From Pseudomonadota bacterium (GTDB lineage Bacteria > UBA10199 > 2-02-FULL-44-16 > JAAZCA01), in assembly GCA_043822785.1 (NCBI GenBank), contig JBDRBN010000075.1, forward strand, positions 1 through 33,073: a DNA stretch of 33,073 nucleotides. The letters run 5' to 3'. The notes under the pieces are model-generated. The model was not told the origin of the DNA and did not search any database. It saw nothing but the letters and a program-made list of their open reading frames with translations. How positions within the stretch are numbered: position 1 is the first letter of the stretch; every line of letters starts with the position of its first letter. Positions 23,908 to 33,073 of this stretch are shown piece after piece. Position numbers and translations under genes: made by a program.

Positions 23908-26343
23908 TCATTTTTTAAACTTCACTCCCTTGTGATCGAGAATTTTATAGACCTCGAGCTTTATGAGATCGGTGACCACAAATGCGCTTATCGCGTATAC
24001 CCATACAAACCCTGCCAGCTCCCAACCCAACGGTGCCACATACCATCCATACACTACAACGAGCGTTGCAAAGAACTTTGTTGCCACTGCAGACCACAAA
24101 AGCGGCGCACTGGGCATGATTGACCAGAAAGGCCCGCGCACGCGTGCCAAGAATATGGTGAGATGACCGGCAACAGCTAGGTTGAGGAATATGAAGGACT
24201 GTACTGTAGCATCATCAAGATGCATGATCTTCTTGGCGATATAGAATAGACCAAACGAGAAGAACACGCCTATGAATCCTAAAAACGTGCCAGCGCCAAG
24301 AACAATACGCATGTTCCACTTTTCCGGCTCTTTTGAATAGTGCACGTTATCATATGCTATGGCCATGATGGGCGCGTCGTTTAAGAGTGCTAACAGCACG
24401 ATCATTATCGCGGTCACTGGATAGAAGTTAAACACGATAATCGACAAGGTGATGAAAAAGAGCACGCGTATGGTCTCTGCTATGCGGTATATGGCATAGC
24501 TGTTCATGCGCTGAAAGATCATGCGGCTCTGCTTAATCGCATCTATAATAACTGAGAGGCCTGGCTTTGTGAGAACGATGTCTGCTGCAGACTTTGCAGC
24601 ATCTGTTGCGCCATCCACTGCAATGCCAACGTCAGCCTTTTTAAGCGCTGGCGCATCGTTTACGCCGTCACCGGTCATGCCTACAAAATGTTTTAGGTGC
24701 TGAAGCAGCTCTACGATCCTGTATTTGTGTTCAGGAAAAACTTGGGCAAATCCATCAGCACTCTCGACGAGGTTCTCTTGATCCTTCCCCTGCCTTTTTA
24801 AAAGCTCAGAAGCCTCCAGGATATTTGTCTTAAGACCCACCTTTGCTGCAATCTCTTTGGCAATGGCAACGTGATCGCCGGTTACCATCTTGACCTCAAC
24901 TCCCATCTCGTTTGCTGTTTTGATAGTCTGCGCAGAATCGTCGCGCGGTGGATCAAATAATGGTATCAAACCCAAGAATTGCCAGTTGCCTGAACTATCG
25001 GTCTTTGCAACACCGAGTGCGCGATACCCCTTGCCAGCTAAGAGGTTAACGTGCTCTGTGACCTCGGCTTCCAATACCTGCTTATCCTTTGCGAGCGCAA
25101 GGATGACCTGAGGCGCGCCCTTGGCAACTTTTATATCGCCGCCATCTTTTGGCTGTACCCTGGCCTCTGTGCGCTTGTTCACAGGATCAAAAGGATGAAA
25201 TTCGAGCATCTTAAAATCTTTGAGATGTTCCAAAGAGCGCGCACGCGAAATTATAGCATCGTCGATAGGATCTTTGTCCTCCTCTCGCGATGCAAGAGTA
25301 GCGTATAGCAGCACATCGTCACCTGTGGCACCCCCAAACGCCTCTACCTCTGTTAGGGTGAGCTTGTTCTGTGTAATCGTGCCCGTCTTGTCTGAGCACA
25401 AAATATCCATGCCCGCCATCTCTTCAATGGCAACGAGCTTGGAAACGATGGCCTCTTTCTTGGCAAGCGCAGTAGCTCCGACAGCAAGGGTGACTGAGAG
25501 CACAGCAGGTAGCGCTACAGGGATGGCAGCAACGGTTAGCACCAATGCGAACTGCAAAGTATGAATCCAGCTTTCGTCTCTGAACAGCGCCACCATGAAG
25601 ATCACAGCCACAAGCGCGATAGCAATGGCGATGAGATAGTCGCCTATCTTGACGAGCGACTTTTGGAAGTGGCTGACGGTCTTTGCCTCTTCCACAAGCT
25701 TTGCAGTTCTTCCAAAGAACGTGTTCATGGCAGTTGCAACCACAAGCGCCGTCATCTCGCCCTTGCGAGCGATAGAACCTGAATACGCCAGGTCGCCCAC
25801 ATGCTTCTCCACCGGCAGCGATTCACCGGTAAGCGCAGACTCGTCTGCCTCAAGATAGTCGCCTTCGAGGAGTTTAAGATCTGCAGGAAGAATATCGCCG
25901 AGCCGCACGCGTACAATATCGCCAGGCACAAGCTCGCCGGCCGCAACTTCAATCCATTTTCCATCGCGAAGGGCTTTTGCCTTAAGGGCAAGCTTCTTCT
26001 TGAGCAGTTCGATAGCGTTATCAGCCTTGTGCTCCTGCCAGAATCCCACGCCCGCATTCAGCAAAAGCAGAACCAAAATGATCGCAAAGTCATCCCAATG
26101 GTGGATGATGGCAGAGAGTATGGCAGCAACCTCGATCATCCAGGGAATAGGGCCCCAGAAGAATCCTAAAAACTTTAGTATGGGGTTTGCCTTTTTTTCT
26201 TTGATCTCGTTGCGGCCGTATGTCTTGAGGCAATTCTCAACATCTGAAGAGCTAAGCCCCTTGTCGCTTGAAGAGAATTTTTTAAGCAGTTCCTGGGCTG
26301 ATGAACCCTTAACTTCATCCATATTCAGAATGACTGGATCCAT
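23908..26343 (-). CDS. Plasma-membrane proton-efflux P-type ATPase (P3A, Pma1-like)
   Basis: WGPIPWMIE, LTGESLPV, IPVALP, CSDKTGTIT, KGAPQ, DPPR, TGDGVNDAPALK, FQRM..Y..YRIAETI and LLND. Confidence 0.93.
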   Translation of the reverse strand: MDPVILNMDEVKGSSAQELLKKFSSSDKGLSSSDVENCLKTYGRNEIKEKKANPILKFLGFFWGPIPWMIEVAAILSAIIHHWDDFAIILVLLLLNAGVGFWQEHKADNAIELLKKKLALKAKALRDGKWIEVAAGELVPGDIVRVRLGDILPADLKLLEGDYLEADESALTGESLPVEKHVGDLAYSGSIARKGEMTALVVATAMNTFFGRTAKLVEEAKTVSHFQKSLVKIGDYLIAIAIALVAVIFMVALFRDESWIHTLQFALVLTVAAIPVALPAVLSVTLAVGATALAKKEAIVSKLVAIEEMAGMDILCSDKTGTITQNKLTLTEVEAFGGATGDDVLLYATLASREEDKDPIDDAIISRARSLEHLKDFKMLEFHPFDPVNKRTEARVQPKDGGDIKVAKGAPQVILALAKDKQVLEAEVTEHVNLLAGKGYRALGVAKTDSSGNWQFLGLIPLFDPPRDDSAQTIKTANEMGVEVKMVTGDHVAIAKEIAAKVGLKTNILEASELLKRQGKDQENLVESADGFAQVFPEHKYRIVELLQHLKHFVGMTGDGVNDAPALKKADVGIAVDGATDAAKSAADIVLTKPGLSVIIDAIKQSRMIFQRMNSYAIYRIAETIRVLFFITLSIIVFNFYPVTAIMIVLLALLNDAPIMAIAYDNVHYSKEPEKWNMRIVLGAGTFLGFIGVFFSFGLFYIAKKIMHLDDATVQSFIFLNLAVAGHLTIFLARVRGPFWSIMPSAPLLWSAVATKFFATLVVVYGWYVAPLGWELAGFVWVYAISAFVVTDLIKLEVYKILDHKGVKFKK

Positions 26344-26357
26344 AATGCTCCCCTATT

Positions 26358-26499
26358 AAATTCCAATAACCAAATACCAAATAAATTCCAAAATCCAATG
26401 ACCAAATGACCAAAACGCCGGATCAAGGAGGTTTTGTTTGGAATTTGGGTTTTGGAATATGGTGCTTGTTTGTTATTTGGTGCTTGGAATTTGGAATTT
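26358..26499. repeat. Long imperfect inverted repeat built of heptamer units
   Basis: Left arm (nnnCCAA)n: AAATTCCAA TAACCAA ATACCAA...GACCAAAAC. Right arm (TTGGnnn)n: GTTTTG TTTGGAA TTTGGGT...CTTGGAA TTTGGAATTT. Confidence 0.85.
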
Positions 26500-26516
26500 C
26501 TCCTTTATAGCCCTCT

Positions 26517-27053
26517 TCACTCTTCAGGCTGGAAGTATTCGTATTTATGAGGAAAGACCAAAATCAATGCTACCAAGTCGTTTGGAAACCTGCGCACGTA
26601 TGTGTTGTATTCTGTAACAGCGTCATTTAACTTTTTTACATCGTTTCCGATCGTCTTATCAGTGTTCTGTCGGATCTTAATGATAACATCGAACTGGTGG
26701 CCGGATATAATACCAGGATATCTCTCAGAGAGCATTTGCATGACGCTCGTCAGGTCTTTTTCTAGCTTGTTTGCCGCCGTGACTTTGTCCTGTATCGAAG
26801 AGCTGCCTGTAACACTTGGTTCTATGTTTGCCAGATCCTTAACTTCTGGCACTTCATGCCCCACATATAACGTAACCTCTGGAACAAGCCTGGGTATGGA
26901 AGCATAGCGCTCTTTGAGTTTGCCCTCGAGGGGGTTCCACGCCATCTCGACGGCTTCATCCAGAGAGGCCAGATGATTGTATTTTACAATGCAGATCCCT
27001 GCTATGACGATTAGAATAAAAATTACGATGGTAATAAAAGTGGTGCGGCTCAT
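26517..27053 (-). CDS. lemA: LemA family protein
   Basis: Single N-terminal transmembrane segment. YN.L..LDE.VE.AW......L..R...IP.LV, E.YP, and N.AV..YN..VRRFP..LVA. Confidence 0.85.
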   Translation of the reverse strand: MSRTTFITIVIFILIVIAGICIVKYNHLASLDEAVEMAWNPLEGKLKERYASIPRLVPEVTLYVGHEVPEVKDLANIEPSVTGSSSIQDKVTAANKLEKDLTSVMQMLSERYPGIISGHQFDVIIKIRQNTDKTIGNDVKKLNDAVTEYNTYVRRFPNDLVALILVFPHKYEYFQPEE

Positions 27054-27103
27054 AATCCCCCCTATTTGCTATGATGTTGAAATTTATAAATACTTTTACT
27101 AGT

Positions 27104-27120
27104 CTTCCTTGTCAAGGAAG
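27104..27120. promoter_or_regulatory. Perfect 17-bp palindrome containing a TTGACA -35 box between divergent genes
   Basis: CTTCCTTG-T-CAAGGAAG. The minus strand reads TTGACA-N17-TATTTA toward lemA. Confidence 0.45.
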
Positions 27121-27164
27121 GCTAATATGTAGTCTAATTTTGCTGCAAATGACATGGGGGGCTT

Positions 27165-27734
27165 ATGCTTAAGAAAATAGCAGTATATTGTCAGGTAATG
27201 GTTCTCGTCGTGACTTTAGCTGTTATATTCACTGCCTGCAAAGCAAAAAAGACGCCAGAAGATACCAGCGCTTCTGGACCGGCAGCTGATCAGCCAAAAG
27301 ACGACGAAAAGTCTTTGATCGCTGCAGAGATAATGGCAGGCCATAAAGCGCTTAGTCAAACTGCAACTCCACAAGTGGCAGGAAGCCAAGAAGCACAAAC
27401 AGCCCAAGAAGCCGTAATGCCAGAGACCATGCAGGGCAAGGTAAAACTCGCAAAGATCCCCTCTGAATTCCCCTGCAAGCAGGGATCAGATTGCACGTTC
27501 ACCAAGTTCTCAAACGCACCCAAGTCACAAAGCGAATGCACCTGCGCTGCACCGTGTACGCCATATGTAGTGAACAAAGCAGAAAAGGAGCGCAGAGAAG
27601 AAGCCAACCATCGCCTTTGCGATAATGAAGACTGGTTCGGCGACGCCTGCCCTGCCCCGACCTGCGGATTCATCGAATTCGATAGTTTTGAGTGCAAAGA
27701 AGCAAAGTGCGTTGGGATGGCAGTTGGGGAATAA
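27165..27734 (+). CDS. Cys-rich lipoprotein, unknown function
   Basis: Lipobox FTAC and a low-complexity linker, then a C-terminal domain with 10 Cys (CKQGSDC...CTCAAPC...C...CPAPTC...CKEAKC). Confidence 0.75.
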   Translation: MLKKIAVYCQVMVLVVTLAVIFTACKAKKTPEDTSASGPAADQPKDDEKSLIAAEIMAGHKALSQTATPQVAGSQEAQTAQEAVMPETMQGKVKLAKIPSEFPCKQGSDCTFTKFSNAPKSQSECTCAAPCTPYVVNKAEKERREEANHRLCDNEDWFGDACPAPTCGFIEFDSFECKEAKCVGMAVGE

Positions 27735-27777
27735 AAAAACGCAAGAAAAACGAGACAGGCGAAATGAGGGGTGAAAT

Positions 27778-28830
27778 ATGAGTGAGGCGATAATTAAGAT
27801 TTTGGGTTCTGAGGTCGCAGACCTTTTAGATCACCGGTGCAAAACTATTTCAGCAGACATGCTGCACCTTCCCGGGCCTGATTTTGTGGACAGGGTCTGG
27901 ACCCTGTCTGACAGGCCAGCCCAGGTGCTAAAAAGCCTTCAGGCTCTTTTCAATCATGGAAGGCTTGCTGGAACCGGTTATCTTTCTATCCTTCCGGTTG
28001 ACCAAGGAATCGAGCACTCTGCTGGTGCATCGTTTGCACCAAACCCTTTGTATTTTGACCCTGAAAACATTGTGAAGCTAGCTATGGAGGGTGGGTGCAA
28101 TGCAGTGGCATCCACGCTTGGTGTGCTTGGTGCGGTAGCACGCAAGTATGCTCACAAGATACCCTTTATCCTCAAGTTTAACCACAACGAGCTGCTCTCA
28201 TATCCCAATACGTTTGATCAGCGCCTGTTCGCCAGCATTGATCAGGCATATAACATGGGCGCAACTGCCGTGGGCGCTACTATTTACTTTGGATCAGAAG
28301 AGTCACGCCGCCAAATAGAGGAAGTATCACAAGCGTTCAAGTGCGCGCATGAGATGGGTATGGCCACGATTTTGTGGTGCTATCTCAGAAACGAGGCGTT
28401 TAAGAAGGATGGCGTTGATTACCATGAGTCAGCAGACCTTACCGGCCAGGCAAATCATCTAGGTGTAACCATCGAGGCGGATATCATCAAGCAGAAGCTG
28501 CCCACAAACAACGGCGGTTATAAGGCCATCAAGTTCGGAAAGACATCTCCCTTGGTCTACGAAAAGCTTACTACTGAACATCCCATCGATCTGACGCGAT
28601 ATCAGATTGCTAATTGCTATATGGGACGTGCTGGTCTCATAAACTCCGGCGGCGCATCAGGTAAAAATGATTTGCAAGAAGCAGTAAAAACCGCGGTCAT
28701 CAACAAGCGCGCTGGCGGCATGGGGCTCATCTCAGGACGCAAGGCATTTCAAAAACCCATGAAGGACGGCGTGGCGCTGCTGAGCGCGATTCAGGATGTG
28801 TATTTATCTAAGGAAATAACGATTGCTTAA
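27778..28830 (+). CDS. fbaB: Class I (DhnA-type) fructose-bisphosphate aldolase
   Basis: [44 protein letters not shown] and [14 protein letters not shown]. Confidence 0.95.
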   Translation: MSEAIIKILGSEVADLLDHRCKTISADMLHLPGPDFVDRVWTLSDRPAQVLKSLQALFNHGRLAGTGYLSILPVDQGIEHSAGASFAPNPLYFDPENIVKLAMEGGCNAVASTLGVLGAVARKYAHKIPFILKFNHNELLSYPNTFDQRLFASIDQAYNMGATAVGATIYFGSEESRRQIEEVSQAFKCAHEMGMATILWCYLRNEAFKKDGVDYHESADLTGQANHLGVTIEADIIKQKLPTNNGGYKAIKFGKTSPLVYEKLTTEHPIDLTRYQIANCYMGRAGLINSGGASGKNDLQEAVKTAVINKRAGGMGLISGRKAFQKPMKDGVALLSAIQDVYLSKEITIA

Positions 28831-29699
28831 ACTCTGTACCTCGGTTCCCTTTCCATCTCTTCTAGTAGGGCATTGACTTCTTTCTTTACCTCGATAACCC
28901 GCATCTCACGGCCAACCATGTGCTTGTTGAGCTTCTCTATCTCGGCGAGCTTTGTTCTGAGCGCTTCTTCTGCTTCTTTGCGTTCAGTTATGTCGCGGAG
29001 AAATACAACGAGTTGTCCCCCGCCTTCGTCAGAATAGGCAGCGCTGACCTCAACATCAATAATCCTGCCGTCCTTTCGTCTCTGGCGTGATTCAAAACGA
29101 TCGTGTCCATGCTTTACTATGTGTTCTATATGCCTAGCCGTTTCTTCAGGCTTTTCTATTGCTTCGACATCGGATATTGCCATCTTGAGCAATTCTTCAC
29201 GAGAATAACCTATCATCTGACAGTAAGCCTTATTGACATCGACAATTCTGCCTTGCATATCGTTAATCCAAAAACCATCGAGTGCAGCTTGTATAATGGT
29301 GCGATGGTGGACCTCGCCCTGCCTCAAAATTTCCTCTGTGCGTCTGTGTTCGGTGATGTCCCAGAAAACACCTAATACTCCAACCACATTGCCGCCTTCG
29401 TCTCTGATAGGAGTTTTGAATGTATGAACGAATATTTCTTTTCCATCCAGGATATATTTCTCTTCAATATCCCTTGATTTCCCAGAATCCATAATATCTT
29501 TATCGTCGGCACGATATTTTTCAGCCAAGTCCTTGGGGTAAAAGTCAAAATCGTTCTTTCCCACAATTTCATGGGGCTTGATCTTCAAATCTTTGGCATA
29601 GTTTTCGTTGCACGCAAGATAGACCGATTCTCTATCCTTAAGGAATATCTTCTGAGGCAGATGATCAAATAGTGTTTTATACAATAATTCGTTTGTCAT
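28827..29699 (-). CDS. Tandem-PAS protein without a catalytic output domain
   Basis: Two PAS/PAC domains ending in DITE motifs. C-terminal coiled coil [25 protein letters not shown]. Confidence 0.85.
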   Translation of the reverse strand: MTNELLYKTLFDHLPQKIFLKDRESVYLACNENYAKDLKIKPHEIVGKNDFDFYPKDLAEKYRADDKDIMDSGKSRDIEEKYILDGKEIFVHTFKTPIRDEGGNVVGVLGVFWDITEHRRTEEILRQGEVHHRTIIQAALDGFWINDMQGRIVDVNKAYCQMIGYSREELLKMAISDVEAIEKPEETARHIEHIVKHGHDRFESRQRRKDGRIIDVEVSAAYSDEGGGQLVVFLRDITERKEAEEALRTKLAEIEKLNKHMVGREMRVIEVKKEVNALLEEMEREPRYRV

Positions 29700-29707
29700 T
29701 TTTTTCT

Positions 29708-30841
29708 CTAAGACTCGCTCGACTCCTCTTCGCTGATTTCGTCGTCAGAGGATAGCTCTGGACCTGCGCGAGGCAAAGAAAACGTAAATTTGCTTCCCTT
29801 GCCTAACTCGCTCTCCACATATATTTTGCCACCATGGCGTTCTACGATATTTTTGCAAAGCGCAAGTCCCAAGCCAAAACCCTTTGCCTGATGGCTAAAT
29901 TTGCGACCCACCTGGTGAAATGGCTCGAAGATCTGATTCTGAAACTCGCGCGATATACCGACCCCGTTATCCTTGACCGCAAATGTTATCTCATCAGGGC
30001 TATCCTGCACAAAAAGAGAGATGGTGCCACCGTCGTCTGTAAACTTGATGGCGTTATCCAAAAGGTTAGAGATGACTTGGTGTATGCGATGAGGATCGCA
30101 CCAAAGATATGGATCGTTTATACAGCTGGTCATCGAAAAATGCCTGCCGCTTTCAGCCAGGTTCTGTTCATATGCCTCGCGAATGCCTTTGATGATAAGA
30201 TCGACAGATTTATGCTCCACAGCTAGATGGATTTTACCCTTTTCCAACCGAGTATATTCGAGCAGCCCATCGATAAGTATTGTCAATCGATCTGTAGCCT
30301 TGTCAGCACGATCAACCGCGATCATCATCTTTTCATTCAAATATCCCATAACGCCAGCTGCCATGCTTGAGATAATCATCTTGATGAGCGCCAGAGGCGT
30401 GCGCAGCTCATGCGAAACTGTTGCGATCAGATCATCCTTAGCCCGATCGAGTTCTTTTAGTTTGGTGATATCGACGAAAGTAAGCAATGTGCCAGGAAAT
30501 TCAGTGGTAACTTCTATGGAAGTCACCTTCAGCTTTAAAGCGCGCAATGGTTTTTTTCGAACTATGAGATCCATCTCAAGCCGTTCTCCTTTATCCACGC
30601 CCCTCTTTAGGACATCTTCAAAAGGAAACCACAGCGCTCCCTTTAAATCTTCGGTTTGCAGTTTAGCTTTCTTTGCTTCAAACATCTGCCTTGCCGCCTT
30701 ATTAGCAAGCAGGATATTACCCTTCTTGTCTAGAATCACGAGCCCATCTTCCGTGGCCGAAATCGCAGCAGCCAGCATTTCTGGGGCTTCATCAGTTATT
30801 TTTTGGGAACTCTTAATATCCTCTGTCATATTGGTCACCAT
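29708..30841 (-). CDS. Cytoplasmic PAS sensor histidine kinase
   Basis: H-box [10 protein letters not shown]-box [11 protein letters not shown]1 DNGVGI, F-box IFEPF and G2 GFGLGL. Confidence 0.95.
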   Translation of the reverse strand: MVTNMTEDIKSSQKITDEAPEMLAAAISATEDGLVILDKKGNILLANKAARQMFEAKKAKLQTEDLKGALWFPFEDVLKRGVDKGERLEMDLIVRKKPLRALKLKVTSIEVTTEFPGTLLTFVDITKLKELDRAKDDLIATVSHELRTPLALIKMIISSMAAGVMGYLNEKMMIAVDRADKATDRLTILIDGLLEYTRLEKGKIHLAVEHKSVDLIIKGIREAYEQNLAESGRHFSMTSCINDPYLWCDPHRIHQVISNLLDNAIKFTDDGGTISLFVQDSPDEITFAVKDNGVGISREFQNQIFEPFHQVGRKFSHQAKGFGLGLALCKNIVERHGGKIYVESELGKGSKFTFSLPRAGPELSSDDEISEEESSES

Positions 30842-31212
30842 TATGAAATCTGGTCTTTTATAAGCTTGAGCAACTTCTCCACATCAAAGGGCTTGCGAAC
30901 AAGGGGCCTTGCACCAATCACACCCTCTTCCTGTGCGCTAAGCACACGACCATAGGCTGTAACAACAATGAGTGGCTGTTTTGCTAGCTTTTCGTCTTTG
31001 TTGACAATTTTGAGAAACTTAAATCCATCCATCTCCGGCATCATTAGATCAAGGAGCGTAATGCCAGCTTCGCCCTTTCGCATTATTTCTAACCCAGTCT
31101 TACCATCAGTGGCTCTTAAGACCTGATATCCTTCGAATTCAAGGCGGTCTTTGAGAACATCGATAAAATCGTGCTCGTCATCAACGATGAGGATCTTTGA
31201 TTTATTAGCCAT
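30841..31212 (-). CDS. Single-domain response regulator (receiver only)
   Basis: [21 protein letters not shown] and KPF. Translationally coupled to the kinase (TAATG overlap). Confidence 0.93.
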   Translation of the reverse strand: MANKSKILIVDDEHDFIDVLKDRLEFEGYQVLRATDGKTGLEIMRKGEAGITLLDLMMPEMDGFKFLKIVNKDEKLAKQPLIVVTAYGRVLSAQEEGVIGARPLVRKPFDVEKLLKLIKDQIS

Positions 31213-31222
31213 ATATGCTCCG

Positions 31223-31996
31223 TTACTTTGCTTTGCCCTGCACCGTACGGTGCAGGGCTTTGCCCTGGGCAGCCACTGCTTCCATAGCCTTTTTCACTGC
31301 TTCAGGGTCGCCAAGGTAATAGCGATTCATAGGCTTAAGATCTTTGTCTAGCTCGTATATCAATGGCATGCCAGTGGGGATGTTGAGATTAGGAATGTCC
31401 TCATCAGATATATCATCGAGGTATTTGACCAGCGCGCGCAAGCTGTTGCCATGGGCTGCGATGATCACGCGCTTGCCGGATCTGACAACAGGCGAGATCG
31501 TGTCGTGCCAGTATGGCATAAACCTTCTCACCGTATCCTTTAAGCACTCGGTGAGTGGGAGCTCGTCAAGATCAAGCTCCTGGTAGCGAGGGTCCCTGCC
31601 AGGATATCCCTCATCGTTCTTCTTTAGCGCAGGCGGTGGAATATCGTAGCTGCGGCGCCATACATGAACTTGTTCTTCCCCATATTTTTGCGCTGTCTCG
31701 GATTTATTCAAACCCTGAAGTGCGCCGTAGTGCCGTTCGTTTAGGCGCCAAGAACGATGAACCTGAATCCACATAAGATCCATGTCGTCCTGCACGATCC
31801 AAAGCGTTCTTATGGCCCTCTTGAGCACAGAGGTAAATGCCACGTCAAATGTGTAGCCGTCCTTCATGAGAACCGCTGCAGCATCGTGGGCCTCTTTGAG
31901 GCCTTTTTCAGAAAGATCCACATCAGTCCAACCTGTAAATCGATTCTCTTTGTTCCACGTGCTCTCGCCATGCCTCAACAATACAACTTTATGCAT
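31223..31996 (-). CDS. gpmA: 2,3-bisphosphoglycerate-dependent phosphoglycerate mutase
   Basis: [40 protein letters not shown] and NIPTG. Confidence 0.97.
   Translation of the reverse strand: MHKVVLLRHGESTWNKENRFTGWTDVDLSEKGLKEAHDAAAVLMKDGYTFDVAFTSVLKRAIRTLWIVQDDMDLMWIQVHRSWRLNERHYGALQGLNKSETAQKYGEEQVHVWRRSYDIPPPALKKNDEGYPGRDPRYQELDLDELPLTECLKDTVRRFMPYWHDTISPVVRSGKRVIIAAHGNSLRALVKYLDDISDEDIPNLNIPTGMPLIYELDKDLKPMNRYYLGDPEAVKKAMEAVAAQGKALHRTVQGKAK
31236..31257. repeat. Perfect 22-bp palindrome in frame within the gpmA 3' end, flanked by 5-bp direct repeats
   Basis: CTTTG[CCCTGCACCGTACGGTGCAGGG]CTTTG. Confidence 0.8.
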
Positions 31997-32792
31997 GCTT
32001 CTCCTCCTCTTCCTCTTCTTCCTGTTCTATCTTAATGTCCTCCTGTCTTTCCTCTTCCACACGCTCCTTGAATTCGGCAACCGCTTTCTCGTGCTCTTTG
32101 TCTCCGCGTTTGCCCCTTCTGCGCTGATCCAGACTTTCAAAGGCAGGATTTTGGCCATAAAGAATCAGCACGTCGCCTGGAAGAATTTTTGTGTGACCGT
32201 CCGGCGCGCCAAGATATGCACCCTTTTTGCGGGTAATGCCAAGGATCATTATGCCCTCGTCCTGAAGCCTAAGCTCCTCAAGAGTGCTCTCGGCAAGCCA
32301 GTCGTTCTCCTCCACGTATAGCTCTGAAACCCTATATTCGCCGGCCATATGAAGCAGGCTGGCATAGTCCCTTACGTCCAAACTCGTATACTTGCGCAAC
32401 GCCCAATTGATTAATTTGGAAAGGCGAAGATCTATCCATTTGCTGACAGAAAACCACCAAAGCACCAAAAGTCCGCCTGCAAGCAAAAGCAGGCGCCACC
32501 ATCCCACACCGGATGATTCAATATCCATAAACGTCAAAACCACAGAGGCCATGACTGTGACAATGCCTGCATTTCCAAAGAGCATGAGCAGCATCAGGAT
32601 ACGGCGCCTGACAGGATGGTTTACCACGCTCTCAGCCTCACTTGTGGTAAACCCCACTCCGGTAAAAGCCGAACGGGCCTGAAAGCGGGCTGATTCCCTG
32701 GAAAGGCCGGTGTATGTGAGCGCAATTGTGGCAATCCTGGTGATGAGGATCGACAAGGTGATGACAAACATCAGGGTAATTAAAGGTATCAT
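31989..32792 (-). CDS. Membrane protein with K+-channel pore-like segment and TrkA-C (RCK_C) domain
   Basis: [35 protein letters not shown], then C-terminal L..L.L..EGI.ILGI.R..G.....P.G.T.I.PGD.LILYG. Confidence 0.85.
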   Translation of the reverse strand: MIPLITLMFVITLSILITRIATIALTYTGLSRESARFQARSAFTGVGFTTSEAESVVNHPVRRRILMLLMLFGNAGIVTVMASVVLTFMDIESSGVGWWRLLLLAGGLLVLWWFSVSKWIDLRLSKLINWALRKYTSLDVRDYASLLHMAGEYRVSELYVEENDWLAESTLEELRLQDEGIMILGITRKKGAYLGAPDGHTKILPGDVLILYGQNPAFESLDQRRRGKRGDKEHEKAVAEFKERVEEERQEDIKIEQEEEEEEEKHA

Positions 32793-32841
32793 GGTCTATG
32801 ACCTCGCAATATTGTGCGACACAAAAATCCGTGGATCCTTG

Positions 32842-32904
32842 AGATCCTTCGGGCGCTAGCGCCCTCAGGATGAGCCCTCGGGGAAAAAACTCTCGAGGGC
32901 TCAT
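32842..32904. repeat. Half REP (AGATCCTTCGGGCGCTAGCGCCCTCAGGATGA) fused to an 11-bp-stem hairpin
   Basis: 32842..32873 resembles the right arm of the 15580 REP. Stem ATGAGCCCTCG/CGAGGGCTCAT at 32870..32904. Confidence 0.65.
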
Positions 32905-32946
32905 TTTATATCAAAACAGCGGGAAATGATAAAGGAAACTTTGAAT

Positions 32947-33073
32947 TTAGAATACAGGAGGCGGTGGAATTGAGGAATCGCTGGTTTGCGGCTCTGAAGA
33001 AGCCCCCTTCTCTTTCATCGCTTCAGCAATCGTTTTTATCGCTTCAGCAATCTGAAGGTTGGCATGATACAAA
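32947..33073 (-). CDS. 3' end of a gene truncated by the window edge (unknown product)
   Basis: An open frame LYHANLQIAEAIKTIAEAMKEKGASSEPQTSDSSIPPPPVF* runs in from the edge, co-directional with the downstream genes. Confidence 0.5.
   Translation of the reverse strand, partial: LYHANLQIAEAIKTIAEAMKEKGASSEPQTSDSSIPPPPVF

Noticed and set aside
30183..30863. 226-aa plus-strand ORF, and similar shadow ORFs such as 20593..21150, 22064..22561 and 2506..2985
   Set aside because: These are antisense to well-supported genes and have no recognisable motifs.

Overview
A 33 kb bacterial chromosomal segment. The sigma54 promoters, many lipoproteins and S74-chaperone fibre suggest a Deltaproteobacteria-like diderm, which is inference only. 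Left to right: (1) a Y1/HUH RAYT-like transposase enclosed by 16-bp inverted repeats; (2) on the minus strand, a metal permease and a TonB-dependent receptor separated by a 143-bp MITE; (3) a sigma54-type operon of a HEAT-repeat lipoprotein, a small lipoprotein and a 1709-aa secreted tail-fibre-like adhesin with a C-terminal peptidase-S74 chaperone; (4) two orphan lipoproteins; (5) a Ca2+/Na+ antiporter and an MscS channel; (6) a small GIY-YIG nuclease gene sitting in the loop of a TGTCAT...(A/G)TGACA REP-like palindrome, flanked by empty copies; (7) a complete arginine deiminase operon followed by corA; (8) a P3A-type H+-ATPase, LemA, fbaB, PAS/histidine kinase/receiver genes, gpmA and a TrkA-C protein. 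The region is rich in small palindromic selfish elements of at least five kinds. The best candidates for an undescribed system are the GIY-YIG/REP cassette, which looks like an autonomous element plus non-autonomous derivatives with a GTGACA-N6/7-TGTCAT junction rule, and the sigma54-controlled fibre operon. I recognised no rRNA, tRNA or CRISPR array.
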